From Parasitella parasitica NRRL 2501 (lineage: Eukaryota > Fungi > Mucoromycota), in the NCBI GenBank assembly GCA_025201805.1, contig MU619396.1, positions 2,162 to 66,161 on the forward strand: a stretch of 64,000 nt of DNA, given 5' to 3'. The translations under genes were made by a program, and so were the position numbers. This document shows positions 13,840 to 28,871 of the stretch, piece by piece. The stretch's first letter is position 1. Each line of letters opens with the position of its first letter. A model generated the notes under the pieces. That model was given only the letters and a program-made list of their open reading frames with translations. It was not told the origin of the DNA and searched no databases.

Positions 13840-13921
13840 ATTCAGGGCACAAAAAACGAGGAATGAGGGAATATCTTGTATTGAACAGATCGAATTATTT
13901 ACATTTACAAAGGTAATAGCA

Positions 13922-15476
13922 TTAAAAAGACATTCCCTTTCCTTCAATAGAAACCTTGGGTGTAGATCTCTTGGGACCTGTTTTGATAGAACGCATCTTA
14001 TTCTTTAATCTTCTGAAGGTATTATCAGGCTATGAACAGAATATTAGCAAGCAATCATATGCAATTCTTAAATCAAATCGACGTACTCGAGAATTTCTGT
14101 TTTTATCAGTTCTAACTGTGCTTTGAGGAGCGACATCATAATCTGCAGCGACAGCTTGGGGGACTCGAACGAAATGTCTATTCTCATGTCTATTTGGTAA
14201 TAATCAAGTTAATGATTGAAGACTTCATTTTGTTATACATAGGATAACTTGCCTGTCTTCCTCTGGTTCTTCAGCAGGACGCCTGTATCTCTTTTTCTGA
14301 TGAAGTCTATTAAGGAGCATTACCACCATATTTCCTATTAACCGTATGCATAATCACTTACGCATCTTCTTGTCTGTACTCCTGAACGGCCGGGCGACGT
14401 TCTTTATAATTTTCACTACGCTTGATAACCAATCTACTCCATTTGGCAACTAATTGATCGGCCTTTCTCTTCATGGTTGGCTCAATACGAGGTGATTTGG
14501 TATAGAAATAAACAATCTTTCCAACACCACTTTCACGCAAATGGTCACCTGCGATGGGAAGCTTATCCAAAACGTCAAGCATTTCACTTTGAATGTCCAA
14601 ACTAGGCAAAGAACGATCAGGTAAAGGCTCAAGCCATTGCCTAATCACATCTAAAAGGCCATTATCCAAAATAGCATCTTGTAAATGTTTGCTGTACGAA
14701 AAATGTTACTCATGGCAATCAAAGTCAATAATAATAAAAATCATACTTTGTCAACATGGTTGTAACCTCTCCCAACATCTTAAGCTTTGCTACCGCAGCT
14801 CTTCTCTCTCCATTGGCAACAGAATCTTCCTCTGAGGCATTTCTCATACGTTCTCTTAAATTAGATAATTCTTCATCCATAGAACTTTCAAGGTCTTCGC
14901 CATCCTGTTTCTTTCTCTTCTTTTTTCCACCTTTCAAAGCTTTAGCAAACTCTCTATCAATCTCATCTCTCAAAGCTAAATTGAATTAAAAAACAAAATC
15001 TTTTGTGATGAAACATCGCAATCAACCATACCTTGACGAGGATCAATAGGCCCCTCCTCTTCTTCTTCAGGATTATCGGTATTACGGCGAGGTGAGGAAT
15101 TCTTCATCTCACGAATTTCACGACGAACCTCCTCCAAACGGGCGTTTTCCTCTTCATCCAAATCTCTTTGTTTCTTTTTAAAAGAAGGAAGTTTTGTAAT
15201 AGGTTTTGGCGCTCCCTCTTCTTCGATATGAGTTGGTCTGGCTGTTTCCTCGGTGTCAGAAGCTAGCATTTAATCATTAATAACTGTGATATCTCTAGAT
15301 TTGATTGTTTTACATGATACCTTGATCACCATCAAGATCACTCATTTCCTCTTCTTCTTCGCTGGAGCCAAATAGCTTCTCTTGATTCTTTATAAATTTA
15401 AAGTATTATTAATTACAAGTTCATATAGTTAGTCAGCGTAATGTACCATTGATTCTTCATCATTGTAAGAAGCCAT
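13922..15476 (-). CDS. IWS1: Transcription elongation factor Iws1/Spn1
   Basis: Motifs AAVAKLKMLGEV, WLEPLPDRSLPSLDIQ and LRESGVGKIVYFY (TFIIS N-terminal-like domain). The C-terminus is KVSIEGKGMSF*. Multi-exon. Confidence 0.92.
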
Positions 15477-16405
15477 TTTTTGATTTTACAGTTCGAAAAT
15501 ATAATGAGATATACTCGACAGTGTAATGCGAAGGGAAATCTCTCCTTCTTCTCAGTGACATCACTTTTATAAGCCTTAACGCAAGCACATATAGTCACTA
15601 ATACCGTATCATCGGAAGCTCATAGTACAGACTAGATAGCTCGTGTTCAAGTATTGAGTAACAGTTCTGATACGAAAGTCTGTGTCCCAGCGAAGGGGAT
15701 CAATATTTGTATCGTTCAAGATGACAGTTTAATAGTTTTTTGACATGGTAACCAATAAATATTGTATACGTAAATGTCTTCATCAGTGTTGCCATAACAA
15801 CTCTAAATCATAGTACTAGATTTTGACATTTAATACGCAAAAGTGCCTCTTTATCCTTCGCACAAAATCCACCCGCCCCCCTCCCCTATACAGAACAGAA
15901 TTATCAACTATCTCACTGTTTCAACATCGTGCTAAAAAGGCAACAGCAACATTTTTATGCCATTAACAGCTTGCTATAGTGATCAAAAAGCTTTCCAACG
16001 CTTCGTTCCTTTACCCTTGGAAGCTTTTTCTAAGCCACTACCTATTGATAGCAGTAGAGTCGTTGATATTCACATGAAATCCGCATTCTCAGGTAAAAAT
16101 GCAGATATTGAACTATAGAGCATGTTTTCTTTTTACTCATTAGCTGTACCCACTAGCATTTCTTTGTGTATGTATTTAAGATAAAATATCCCATTTAGAA
16201 TTTTAGGTAAAAGGATGCTCTAAGCCACTCAATGGATGATCACGTCTAATATACATCTCTAACAAAGTGTCTGTCCGCGTAAAAAGTGAATATGAACGCA
16301 CAAATGTCATTGATTTTTTTTTATATACTGATCTTTATTAACAAGCAATAATTGTTGTATAAAAAAAGGTTTCGTTTTAATGTAGATGCTAAATAGTTGC
16401 AGCGC

Positions 16406-16876
16406 TTAATCGAAAAGACCGAAGCCCATGTCCTGAAAAGAAAAGAAAAAAAAAAGCCCATAAATAAACAATAATAATTTACACTTTGCCGAAACTCTTT
16501 CCTCAACTTACATCATCAGATTCCTCCTTCTCTTCGGCAGCAGCTTCCTCAGCGGGAGCATCACCAGAAGCGGCAGCGGCGCCAGATGAGGCAGCAACGG
16601 GACCAGCAGAGACAGAGGCGAGCTTGGAAGAACCTTCAGCAATGGCCTGAAAGAAAAAACGCAAGCGTTTTAGTAAACTTTAGGGAACCAAAATTTATGT
16701 CTTGATTTCAATGTTACCTGAGCAGCGGTCTTGCCTTCCATGGCCTTGATCAAGGCAGAAAGACGAGATCCATCAACCTCGACACCAACGGTGGTCAAGA
16801 GAGACTTGATATCCTCAGCAGAGGGAGTGGCGTTACCACCGGCAACGAGAAGAAGATAGGCTGCGAGATGCTTCAT
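16406..16876 (-). CDS. RPP2: 60S acidic ribosomal protein P2
   Basis: [24 protein letters not shown]...[16 protein letters not shown]. Two introns. Confidence 0.97.
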
Positions 16877-17726
16877 TGTCAAATATCAACGGTCAAAAAG
16901 AGAGAATGAACATTTGGCTGCAAGGAAAAAAAAATTATTTATCATAAATTTTTTCTCAAATCAATTCTTTTCATTGGATGCTTTAATTCACGTCATGAGT
17001 GACTAGGTAAATATGAAAATCCTGAAGATGTTATGGTAAGAGATAAACATTCCATTTGATGATGTTTTTTTTATTAAATTGATTGCTGTAGAGATAGTCT
17101 TCAACCAGTCATTGTTGTGCGAAACAACCGTTGCTATTTTTAATTTTCTGTATTTTATCAGATTTAGCTCAGTCCTTAAACATCTAAATGCTTTTATTGC
17201 GGATCTGTCTCTCTCTATTTTGCTACTTCGATAACGGAGTTTCAAGTGGAGCCGAGCGGGATTTTCGGAGTTACAAATACATCGGTTGCTATGATACTTT
17301 GGATCGACAACCGTTCAAGCAAGAAAAAAAAGGCATCCTCTCTCTCTCAAAAAAAAAAAAAAATAATAATAGTGCTGTACACATGGTATAAGTTAATATT
17401 TTGATTTATGACAAGAGCAAGAGCTAAAAGTAATTGGGAGACGGAAAATACTTTAAAGTGAGCATTATGCCTTTTTTTGGTTGTTGTAATGCAAGTTATA
17501 GTATTTTGGCTTTTAGTACATTGCATGAAGCTCTTTTATTAGATTACTTGTGCGTTTGCATCATAATCGTAATGAACAGAAATCTAGTTCGATATTTTAT
17601 TGCTCATTCTTATGCCTATTTTAGGAACCGATAGTCACTTTATTATGTTTTCCATCTACTTGGCATAATCATTTGAAAGGTCGCGTTACCTATTCTTCTC
17701 TTTTATCTTTTGATATACTACGAATC

Positions 17727-18088
17727 ATGGTAAATTAAAAAAAAAACCAAGTACAAAATTCAGTTGATTAAATTATGAAATATGTAGGGTTCATCCGATA
17801 AAATCTTTGGAGCCACTGCTGTTAGCGCATCACTTTTTATTTTCATATACTATTCCACCTGGACCTTTGTAGTGGTAAGCGAATGTGCTAAATGTTGTAG
17901 TTTCTTCAATTATACCAACTAACGCACACTAGCCTTTCTTGAATGAAGATAGTATCCTTCAAAAGTTCTTTCTTCCTTATGAATATGCTATTTACTTGCC
18001 TGCCGCTGTTTTAGTTGCAGGAGTTTCTTTCATTACCGCCTTCTTTGTAAAGACAACATCCCAAAACAAAAGCAAAAAGGCAAAATAG
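17727..18088 (+). CDS. DPM2: Dolichol-phosphate mannose synthase regulatory subunit DPM2 (not in ORF track)
   Basis: An ATG-only exon at 17727-17729, then GSSDKIFGATAVSASLFIFIYYSTWTFVV / PFLNEDSILQKFFLPYEYAIYLPAAVLVAGVSFITAFFVKTTSQNKSKKAK*. It shows the YY.W...PF...FFLP..YA pattern and a C-terminal dilysine motif. Confidence 0.88.
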
Positions 18089-18715
18089 ATACAATGCTCT
18101 GTATAACACACGCTCGCAATTACACACAAACTACAGATAAAAAATAAAGCATTTTCTTTTACATATCCTTACGTGATAGTTTGACATTGGAATTTACTGA
18201 TGTTTCCTCTGATCATTGGCCAAGGATCAACGACGTTTTTATTAGTTGATGTGTGGCAGAATCAGATTGATTACAAGAGAAATGTAACACAATTGAGCTT
18301 GGTAGTCAGTTATTTTTACATTGAATACTAGTATTATACAATTCTGTTTGTAATTTGCATCATTGCTTATCAGGTTCTTAAGTTTTTCAAACCTGATTTG
18401 AACTAAATAGTTTGTCTCTGCATACAGCTGTCTATTGCAGAAATAAGGCACTGTCGTGACTCGAGAAAACTATGTCCCATTTTTTTTTTTTTTTTTTTCA
18501 TCTGTGGTGCAAGTAGTCGTAATTAGGGTTACTTTTGAACCGCTGCGACCTTTTGGTTTTTATTATTGAATTATTGAATTATTGAATCTTGTAAGAGTAA
18601 TCCCATGTTTCAACTAGGTTTTTATTCTGACAGAAATGAAAAAAAAAGCTTTTTTTTTTTTACATCTGAACTTTTTAGAGCAGTTTACGAATTCCAAATA
18701 CTTACTGAATCAAAG

Positions 18716-20087
18716 ATGAAAGACGCAACTCTTCCCGAAAACGTTGAGCTTTTGCGTACCCGTGTTGTAGTGGAAAAAGATAGAGTTTACAGTGTTAGTA
18801 ATTTATAACATATCCCAACATTTGACCTCAAGAAAATCCAAATGTCTTATGATTGCTTTGAATTTTAGGTCAGTGGAAGTGATTATCCTAACCAATATCG
18901 TGGAATAAGTAATACATTTGACCTAGAGGAATTCAAAAAGGTAGGCGAGTGTGTTTTCTATCCTTTAGATAGATCACGATTTCTGACGAGATGACTTTTG
19001 GGCTTATTGTAGAATTTCAATGTCAAAATCCAACGTTTATCCCAACACAGCGTTGAATTTGATCTGATTGGCATTGACGCGTCCATCGCCAATGCTTTCC
19101 GTCGCATTATGATATCCGAGGTAAAATGGAGAAGGCAGTTTGATGAATAGGGTATTGATAAAAATGGGCGAAATCTAGGTTCCTACAATGGCAATTGAAA
19201 AAGTATACGTTATGAACAACACCTCCATCATTCAAGATGAAGTTGTAGCACATCGTTTGGGTTTGATTCCCATCAAGGCTGATCCTCTTGAGTTTGACTA
19301 CATGACCGAGGATGGCGGGCCCACTGACCTCAATACACTTGTTTTCAAGTTGAAAAAAAGATGTGAATTCAATCCTGAAGCTGCAGCTGATGAAACTGAC
19401 CCTAGCAAGAAATATATCAACAGTTTTGGTAAGTTTATATTTTCTTCAAGTGGATACTAGACATTAACTGTGTGTATTTGCAGTCTATTCTAGTGATTTA
19501 ATTTGGGAGCCCAAGGGAAATCAAGAAGAGAAATTTGGCGATAATCCTCCACGACCTGTTCATGACGATATCGTCATTGCCAAATTAAGACCTGGGCAAG
19601 AGATGGAAATGGAATTACATTGCCAAAAGGGCATAGGAAGAGAGCATGCTAAATGGTCGCCTGTAGCCACAGCATCATATCGTATTTTACCCGAAATCAC
19701 CATTTTGGAGCCCATTACAGGCCAAGATGCTGAAGATTTCAAGAACTGTTTTGTTGATGGTGTCGTTGAAGTTGTAAAGGAAAATGGCGTAAAGACTGCC
19801 AAAGTAGTCAACGCCCGTAAAGATACAGTCAGTAGAGAGGTTTTGCGACATTCTAAATTTGATGGCAAGGTTCGTCTAACTCGTGTCCGTGATCATTTCA
19901 TTTGTAAGTGTGCGTACGATTGGTTTAGAGTACTATTCCACTAATTCAATCCATCATAGTCAATGTTGAAACTTCTGGTATCATCCCAGCCGAACAGATT
20001 TTTCTTTCAGCACTTGATGTTTTTATGGATAAGATCAAAGATATACAGCCGCTTGTTGACCGTGTTGTGTCGAACGAAATTGCTTAA
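18716..20087 (+). CDS. RPC40: RNA polymerase I/III shared subunit AC40
   Basis: Motifs [54 protein letters not shown] and [12 protein letters not shown]. Confidence 0.96.
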
Positions 20088-20627
20088 GTAACATTTATAT
20101 ATTTGCATCTCTCTTTCTTTTTCCCTTTATTATTACATAACCACTACATCTTGTTCCTTGTCTTTCTATAAAGCAACATGCCAATCGATTGTGTTGATTT
20201 AATTTTTTTTTTATTTTTTTTTTTTAGAATAAAATGTTTAAAGTGTATATTAACATGAGGTTGCGTTTTTGGAACGATACTACTTCTTGCTGCATATACG
20301 ATAAATTTCGAGATAGCCTACGTAAACTGTCATTGATGATCGAACCAAGGTCCTGTGACACCCATACATTTGCATATTATGTATCTATATTGGATCAAAA
20401 ATGCTAATATGCACTAGCTGATCTTTTTATCATATCGAAACCGGTGAGAAGGCATACCATATTCGAGGAGTTGTGCATATTTGCTTAGGTACCATAGTAT
20501 CTGGTTTTGAACTATAGATATGTCAAATAAAAAAATAGCCAACGCTTTGGTTTATTTAATAAATTTCATTATGCAGCAAAATTTGCTTACAACATGCGAT
20601 AGCTCTTTACTGCATTTATCTTTTTAT

Positions 20628-21890
<1,263 letters not shown>

Positions 21891-22101
21891 TTTTTTTTTG
21901 TTTAGAAAAGAGAGAGAAAGAGAAGGGAGCGATGCATTGGAAATATCGCTACAACATAGGCATTTTATTTGTTTGCTGCATTGGCTGTATGATAGCATTT
22001 GACAACATTTAGATACCCGAACGTAAGAGAAGAGACTTGTTTTTTTTTTTTCTTGCTATACAAACAATTTTTGAATGTTGTCATTGTTTCCCATTTTACA
22101 A

Positions 22102-22963
22102 ATGATACCAACACCGGACTTGTCTCATATAAACAGGGAAGATTACGATAAAGTTTATGAACCAGCAGGTAGGCTATGCCCGAAAGAAGACCACTCAAGC
22201 ACTGGCAACATATTGACTGTGCTATAGAGGACACATTTTTACTGTTGGACGCATTGGAAGACGACGAAGAGCTGATTCAGCAACTTAAACCTCGTGTTTG
22301 TCTGGAGATCGGGTAGCAAATCCTAAAATCAACGCTAGCACATGAAAACTGAAGCAGCTTTAGATCTGGATCTGGATGTGTTACTGCCTTACTAGCCAAG
22401 ATTGTTGGAAACAAGAATGCTGGTAAAAGTCTGTGCTCGATAAACATGCTATTTTTGCCTAACATTTTTGAAAGTATTTTTAACCACTGACATCAACGGA
22501 TTTGCTTGTGAAACAACTAAACAAACAGGTCTTCATAACGGAATTACGCAAATCGAGCCTCTCAGGACATCTCTCGTCGATGGCATCATGCCCAGATTAA
22601 AGAACTGCATTGACATTCTATGTTTCAATCCACCGTACGTGGTGACAACCCACGAAGAAGTGGGCAGTTTTGGAATTGAGGCATCGTGGGCAGGTGGCAT
22701 TGATGGTAGAGAGGTCATTGATCAATTACTACCGTTAGTCAAGGTGAGCCTCGGTGTTATACGTAGAATACGTCATTTACCCCCAAGATGTGGATTAGGA
22801 CATTTTATCTCCAAATGGCATATTTTATTTGCTGTTGATCAACGAAAACAAGCCTGATCAAGTAGTGCAATTAATGAAAGAAGCTTATAAAATGGATGCG
22901 AAAATTATCATGGAGCGACGTGCTGGTAGGGAGAGACAGTTTATTGTAAAAATCACCCACTAG
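22102..22963 (+). CDS. MTQ2: HemK2/N6AMT1 eRF1 glutamine methyltransferase
   Basis: Motifs MIPTP...VYEPAEDTFLLLDALE, CLEIGSGSG, FNPPYV and ASWAGGIDGREV. Ends ...RRAGRERQFIVKITH*. Confidence 0.93.
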
Positions 22964-23541
22964 GACGATGGTGTAGTACTGTTGAATAAATGCTGCGTGT
23001 TACTAGCTGCTGCATTGTAGACAAGCCTATCAAGTTGATTGTCAATTACTGTCTACCTCGACCCTGCTGATCCAACTTACTTTGTCCATTCAGCAATGCC
23101 ATGCTGAATGCCACGAAAGAACCCAAATTTCTTGGCAGGACTCCTTGCGTTGATTACGCCTCTTGTTCTGTACCATTTCCAGGCTGTTGAGCACACATTC
23201 CAAGCGAACCCACTGACAAAAGGAACAATGATATTGTCCTTGACGACCACAGACCAGAAAATAGATGCATTGGATGCCCCCTTTTCCTGTAGCTGTGTGA
23301 TTGAATTTTCAACCTGCTTTTCAAAGCGCATTTCTGGTACTGTAGGTCGTTTTCTAATGGGTTTGCTTATCGAGAAATCGTCGTCGTCGTCGTCTTGGTC
23401 GTCCTCAAAATCCAAATCATCAATGTCAGGCTGAGATAGTTCAGTCTGTCGTCTTTGAAGTTCGACTAAACGCGCCAACTCCTCGTTGTCATAATCGCTT
23501 GATGAAAAGAGTGAAGGCTCTGTTCTGACTTGGGCAGACAT
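22960..23541 (-). CDS. DUF1770/Mim2-like small fungal membrane protein
   Basis: Acidic N-terminus followed by PEMRFEKQ...VVVKDNIIVPFVSGFAW. A predicted 54-nt intron 23027-23080 gives a final exon ending STTPSS*; if unspliced, the ORF stops at 23077. Confidence 0.55.
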
Positions 23542-23918
23542 GATGAATATAGACAGTGTTTCGACACGAAAAACAAAAAACAAAAAAAAAGCCTCGTCCT
23601 TTTTTTTCGCACAAAACAAACAGTATTTGGTGCCATATGAGGCGTCTTTGTGATTGGATGTATCGTTGAGTGTATGATGCTTCTTTATGAGCTATCAAAT
23701 GCACTTTTTTGAGTCGAATGACTAACAAAGTAATGCTCAGCATATGATGCAGATAGTCATCTGCTTGACTTGCTGTGGTAGAAGACTACATTTTTGTTGC
23801 TAGGACACTGTTGTTTAGCCAAGTTCCCGAGTTTGGGTCGAAACGGCCGTCATCTCTTGGTCATCACCGTTTATTTTTTTTTTTTTTTTTTTTTTTTTCT
23901 CCACAGCAATAGCATAAT

Positions 23919-26900
23919 ATGAGTGATTCGGAAGACGACTCGCAAGCCAACGACTCGAAATTATGGCATCGTAAGAGCTGTTCAAACCGCATATTTATTG
24001 GTCCTTGGGACATTAGGGCACCCCTTTCAACAAGCCCTCCTTCAAGTTCTGAGCAAATGTTCCCAAACACCGAGCACCACAGCTCCTCGATTATATCCGA
24101 TTCAAGCATCAGATTATTACATGAGTATGGTCTATTGGCATGCGCAGTTTTCAAAGCTCTAAACTCACTCGATACTTTGATTGTAGCCAGACGTTTGAAA
24201 ACAGTGATAGCTCAACCAAAGCCATGCATGAAACATCGCGTAGAGGGGAGAGTGGCACCTCCTCCAAATCACTCAACTCAGGTCAAACGTCTGCAGATCA
24301 GCTCATTGCTCGGTCAAAAACCGATTCCACCATTTATAACAGCGTAGGCTCACATCCGCATTTCTTGGAGCACATAGTCAAGCAGCAGGAAAATGACGAT
24401 AAAGACCAAGAGATTGACTACAGTCTGCTGAGCCCAGGCATGAATCTAGGACAAACATCATCGCTACCAAAAGTCACCAATGGTGTCGAATCGACCGAAA
24501 CAGTTAAAGGCAAACTACGCATGGGTCAACAAACAAACAATACACCCCCCACAACCCCATCGCCTCCTTATCCCATCAGAAAAGCAAGGGCAAAACGCAT
24601 TCATCGCAGCAGCAAGAAGCCATTGATTTGGAAGAAGGCGGGATTTGTGTTTGTGTCAAGATTGCCAACTATTGTCACACCAGAGCCTGCGTCCATTCCG
24701 ACAAGTAGGCCTATCAAACGAGAGCCCATTCTATGCATGCGGTCTGCTACAGGTTGCCAAAGTAATGAGCCTACACGCTACAAGGCAGCCAAAGAAGCCA
24801 GGTATGGATTGCTCACCGAAAAGTGGACACAGGTCGAGCTTGTTTTGACCGCATCTTACTTGTCTACCTATTCTTCATCGGTAAGCATCTGTAATGTGTA
24901 CAAAGATATCTTGACACTAAGAATACTAAGCCCCCCCTCCCCTCGTAGCTCATGTTCTGGCCAAAGCAGCGATTAGAGCATCGGATCTATTTGGAAGGCA
25001 CTCGTAAGCCTAAAAGGTTGGAGCTTTTCCTGCTGTCTGCTTTGGATTATTCTTTTTGTCTGCGATTTCAATCAAACTCTGGCCACACACCAGTGATGGT
25101 TACAATGACATTCAAGGCTAGATCATTTTTAAAATGTCAGGAATGGTACATGCAATTGTACAATATGCTACCTGATGAAAACAAGCATCCGACTCCTCAA
25201 TGGTGCTCAGTTTATATACCTACACTAGATCTATCTGTCAACTTGCCGATGACCAAGAAAAATAGGAGCATCACCATGGATGATGTCAAAGAAGCCGTTA
25301 TCACTGTACTGGAAAACGAAGGTGATTTGGTGCAGCGTCTCATACAGACAGATCAAATCAACAGAAATGTGTCAGTAGATGACCTGGGTCTTTGTTGGAC
25401 TACAAAGGACCGTGCTGAATGGATTTACTGGACGTACGCTTCATCCGATCCTCAAAAACGCATTGATTATGCAATATGCCCGCAGAACGTCGAGCAAACC
25501 CACAGACTAGAATTACGACTAATTGAGCATACGCCTCACGACATTATATTACGAGAAAACATGGTCTTGAAAGAGCCTCCTCCCGTAGAAGGGTTCCTCA
25601 TGCGTGCCTCTGACTTTACCGGCAAAGGCGCATTCAACAAGATGAAGATGAACTACTTTGCCTCTTTTAATCAGTATCTGTTTTACATTCCTGCCAGTAA
25701 GGTGTCATCTCCGGACATGGCTTGCTTTATTGATGAAGATCTGCTACCAAAGAGATTCAGAGCACAGCCATATGTTTCTGCAGTTTCTCCTTATGCATCA
25801 ACATGCACTCCTGAAATTGAAGTGAGCGAGGTGGCGAGACGTATGCGACTGATGACAGAGTCTAAAGGTTTCATTGACCTTACCGAGGTATCCTACGTTA
25901 GAAGGACTTTCTCTGATGACTTGACGGCTTTAGAAGAGTCTGGAATATCAGGCCAGTTCTCTCTCAGTAAGCGATCAAGCCGATCTCCTATTCTACCCAA
26001 ACACGACAAACCTTCAAGGAAGCAAAGCTTTTTTGCCCCAAAGCAAAGTCATAGAAAGCCCTGTTTGGAAATTATCATGGAGAACGGTTTACAAGTTAGA
26101 TTTGAGGTAAGAGCACTCTATTTCACATGACTACAAGAACTCCACTTTAAATGCAAACTTTACATGAAAAGGTTTATTCAAGTGAAACGTGTGATTTGTG
26201 GGTGAATTATCTGGCTCAAATCATTGTTTACTGGAAAGCTCGTAAAGAAGCTGAAAAAGATGCACACTCTCATCATAGTTTTGCCCTCAATTCAACAATC
26301 GAAAATGAGAATGCATTGATTAAAACTGGAGTCAATACGGAGGATGGTTGCACGCACCGTAAAGAGAAAGAATTGGCAGATACTCGAATTTGGAGCTACT
26401 GTCTATATGAGCAGTGCCGAGATGTTGTGGTAAGACACTGCGTATATACATATATGCTTATTCCAAGTTTTTGCTTAATTTTCACGAAAACTAGAAATCT
26501 GGCATTCTTTACTGCAAGCCTCATAAGCGAGGCACATACTCGCAAAAAATATTCATTCTGACAGCAAATGGATGGATATTGTTCTTTGACGTGTACAACC
26601 GAGAATCAAACAAAAAGGTGTGCAACCACGAAAAGAGAGGTGCCATCGATGCCGCAGGCTGTTACTTTTATTCTGGTTTTGATGGCAGTAAACAAAAAAA
26701 GGGATCAAATCATGAAAATCAGTGGAAAAAGACAGCTCGCATATACAGCAATGGCCTATCTACAGACGATGACTCGCTGTCGTGTATATTTTCCATCTGG
26801 AAGCCTAAACTTCGACGCTATTTCAGTCCCAAGAGGCAGAGGCTACGGGTTTACCGTCATGATCAACGTCTCAATCCCGATGGCCAAACTTGGACATTTT

Positions 26901-26986
26901 TGGCAAGGAGCAGAAGAGAGAAAGAAGAGTGGGTGTGTGCTTTGAATACTGTAACTGAGCATATGATTCGTTACGAAAATAGATAA
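23919..26986 (+). CDS. Multi-PH-domain protein, Spo71/Mug56-like
   Basis: Motifs RIFIGPW, FKARSFLKCQEWY, EPPPVEGFL and WTFLARSRREKEEWVCAL. Frames are joined by introns (e.g. 24125-24186). Confidence 0.7.
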
Positions 26987-27717
26987 TAGTGCCATGTAAA
27001 TTACCTGTTCTTTGTCCATGTTGTACATTTGTATTTATTAAATTTGAATTTGAATTTGATTGTAAAATTGTATTGTGCATTGTTAAGGAAATTGAGTGAA
27101 TGATACTAAATAATCGAGTAAAAGATACTAAGTATTTCCCCTGCATTTGAGACAGTGAGTTCATACTTGCCCGATACCTTTGTCTTGAGTACAATTCGAT
27201 TTAAACCGGGAAATCTCGTTTGTACTTTCGGAATTTAGCTTGCTATACCGATACAAGTGTATTTTGATAGCTCCTTGTGAACATCATATTCATTGCTATC
27301 TCATAGCCTAACATTTACGAAACCTTGATATTTTTGATCGATATATGCTCAAGAGTGCAGGTAGAGAAAAACTTGCAATCTTAAAAAGTAAATGCAGTGC
27401 TATTATACTCCTTTTATCGAATTCAATACTTTGGTTCAAAAATTTAATGCGATAAAACTGGCAATTTAATAATTGTATCAAGGTCAATTTATGAATACAG
27501 GTTGAATTGATTTTCGTTTATATGCTTTTGAAAGTATCAAAATATATGATACAGTATGTAAGATGCTTCGCTATGAACATTAAGGCAGAATAACTATCAT
27601 GCTCTTATGTCACGTTGAGTAGGCATTGTTTGACACCCGAGAGCGTTTGTTTAAAATGATGGAACGCGCAATAGCTCTCTAGTTGAACTTTCCCTCTTTC
27701 TCAAACAAAACTGCACG

Positions 27718-28643
27718 ATGAACTACGAGGATTACGAACAAACTTTTGCGTCTGCGCCCGTTCGATATGCTTTGGATGATCACGATAGTGACGAAGAAAA
27801 TGAAGCCTGTGCTCAACTTGAACAGATAACTGTAGAGACCAAGTTGACTTTCGATAGCAAAGACATTGAGAGCAGTAAATGGACGTTAATATTCGGTTTA
27901 AATGGTCCTGGTAATGTGTTTATCAATTCTCTTGAGGGAGTTACTACAACATCTATTGGAACAGTGGAGCGTTTGGTAAGTCGGATAGGGTAAAAGCCGA
28001 ATAAGTTCAAGTCAATTTAACAGCCATGTTGTGATAGTTTAAAAATGAGAGCTCTACAACCAAAGCGAATATCCGCAGAATTGCAAACGAGTCTATTTTG
28101 CTAATTCCATTCACAAAAGAAATCCAAGCAGAGGAAGCCGCTTCTTACACCAAGGCCGTTTTTAATGCATTCAAGAAAAGCGTTGAAAAGGTGATTGTTT
28201 TGGATTCATTTACTGCTGCTGGTTATACATCAGAGACTTGGAATGAGGATATGGTACCTCCTTCATTGCGTGTCTTGCAGACTTCTTCAGCTCCTGTGAT
28301 CGAAGCTTTGCCTCTTTTCGAAATTCCAAATATGATCAAGGCATTGGCGGCATCCATAGTGAACTATGTAAATCTAATTTTTCAAAGAATGAATACAAAG
28401 ATCGCTAACCCTAACGCATAACCATAGTGTGAGATATATTCAATTCCTTGCTACGATTTCCTTACTCTGCAAGAATCGATTTACGGTAAATTACTCGTGA
28501 ATGAGGAGACATTAGAAGCATATAGTCAAGGATTCCAACATTTGGGTCTTGAATTCAAATTCAATGAGCAAGCTATGAAAAAGATTCTGAATGATATTCA
28601 TACGGGACGTGTCGATGATAACCACCATCGCTTATATCTCTAA
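27718..28643 (+). CDS. Proteasome assembly chaperone 1 (PAC1/PSMG1)-like
   Basis: N-terminal APVRYALDDHDSDEE, then PNMIKALAASIVNYCEIYSIPC, and a C-terminal HbYX-like RLYL*. Two introns. Confidence 0.6.
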
Positions 28644-28871
28644 AGTTTCCCAGCACAATCCTTTTCCCATAAAAATTTTCAAGCATCACACCATAACAAC
28701 TTATTTATACATAAAAGAAAACTGCATGCTTTGCAAAATAAAAATATATCAAGAGAGGAATTTATACAAGAAGTATATATATATAAAAAGTTTCGTTTTT
28801 CTGTAGTTGGCGGATTTTGGCGATTATGTGTACATTTGAAAGTTCATGGAGGTATTCAGGAATTTTTTTTT

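Noticed and set aside
15618-15727. Two hairpins upstream of IWS1 suggesting an H/ACA RNA
   Set aside because: No ANANNA box in the hinge, and the first stem is weak.
24120-24190. Apparent frameshift between ORFs 23919-24347 and 24140-24976
   Set aside because: Explained by a canonical 62-nt intron (GTATGG...TTGTAG, 24125-24186).
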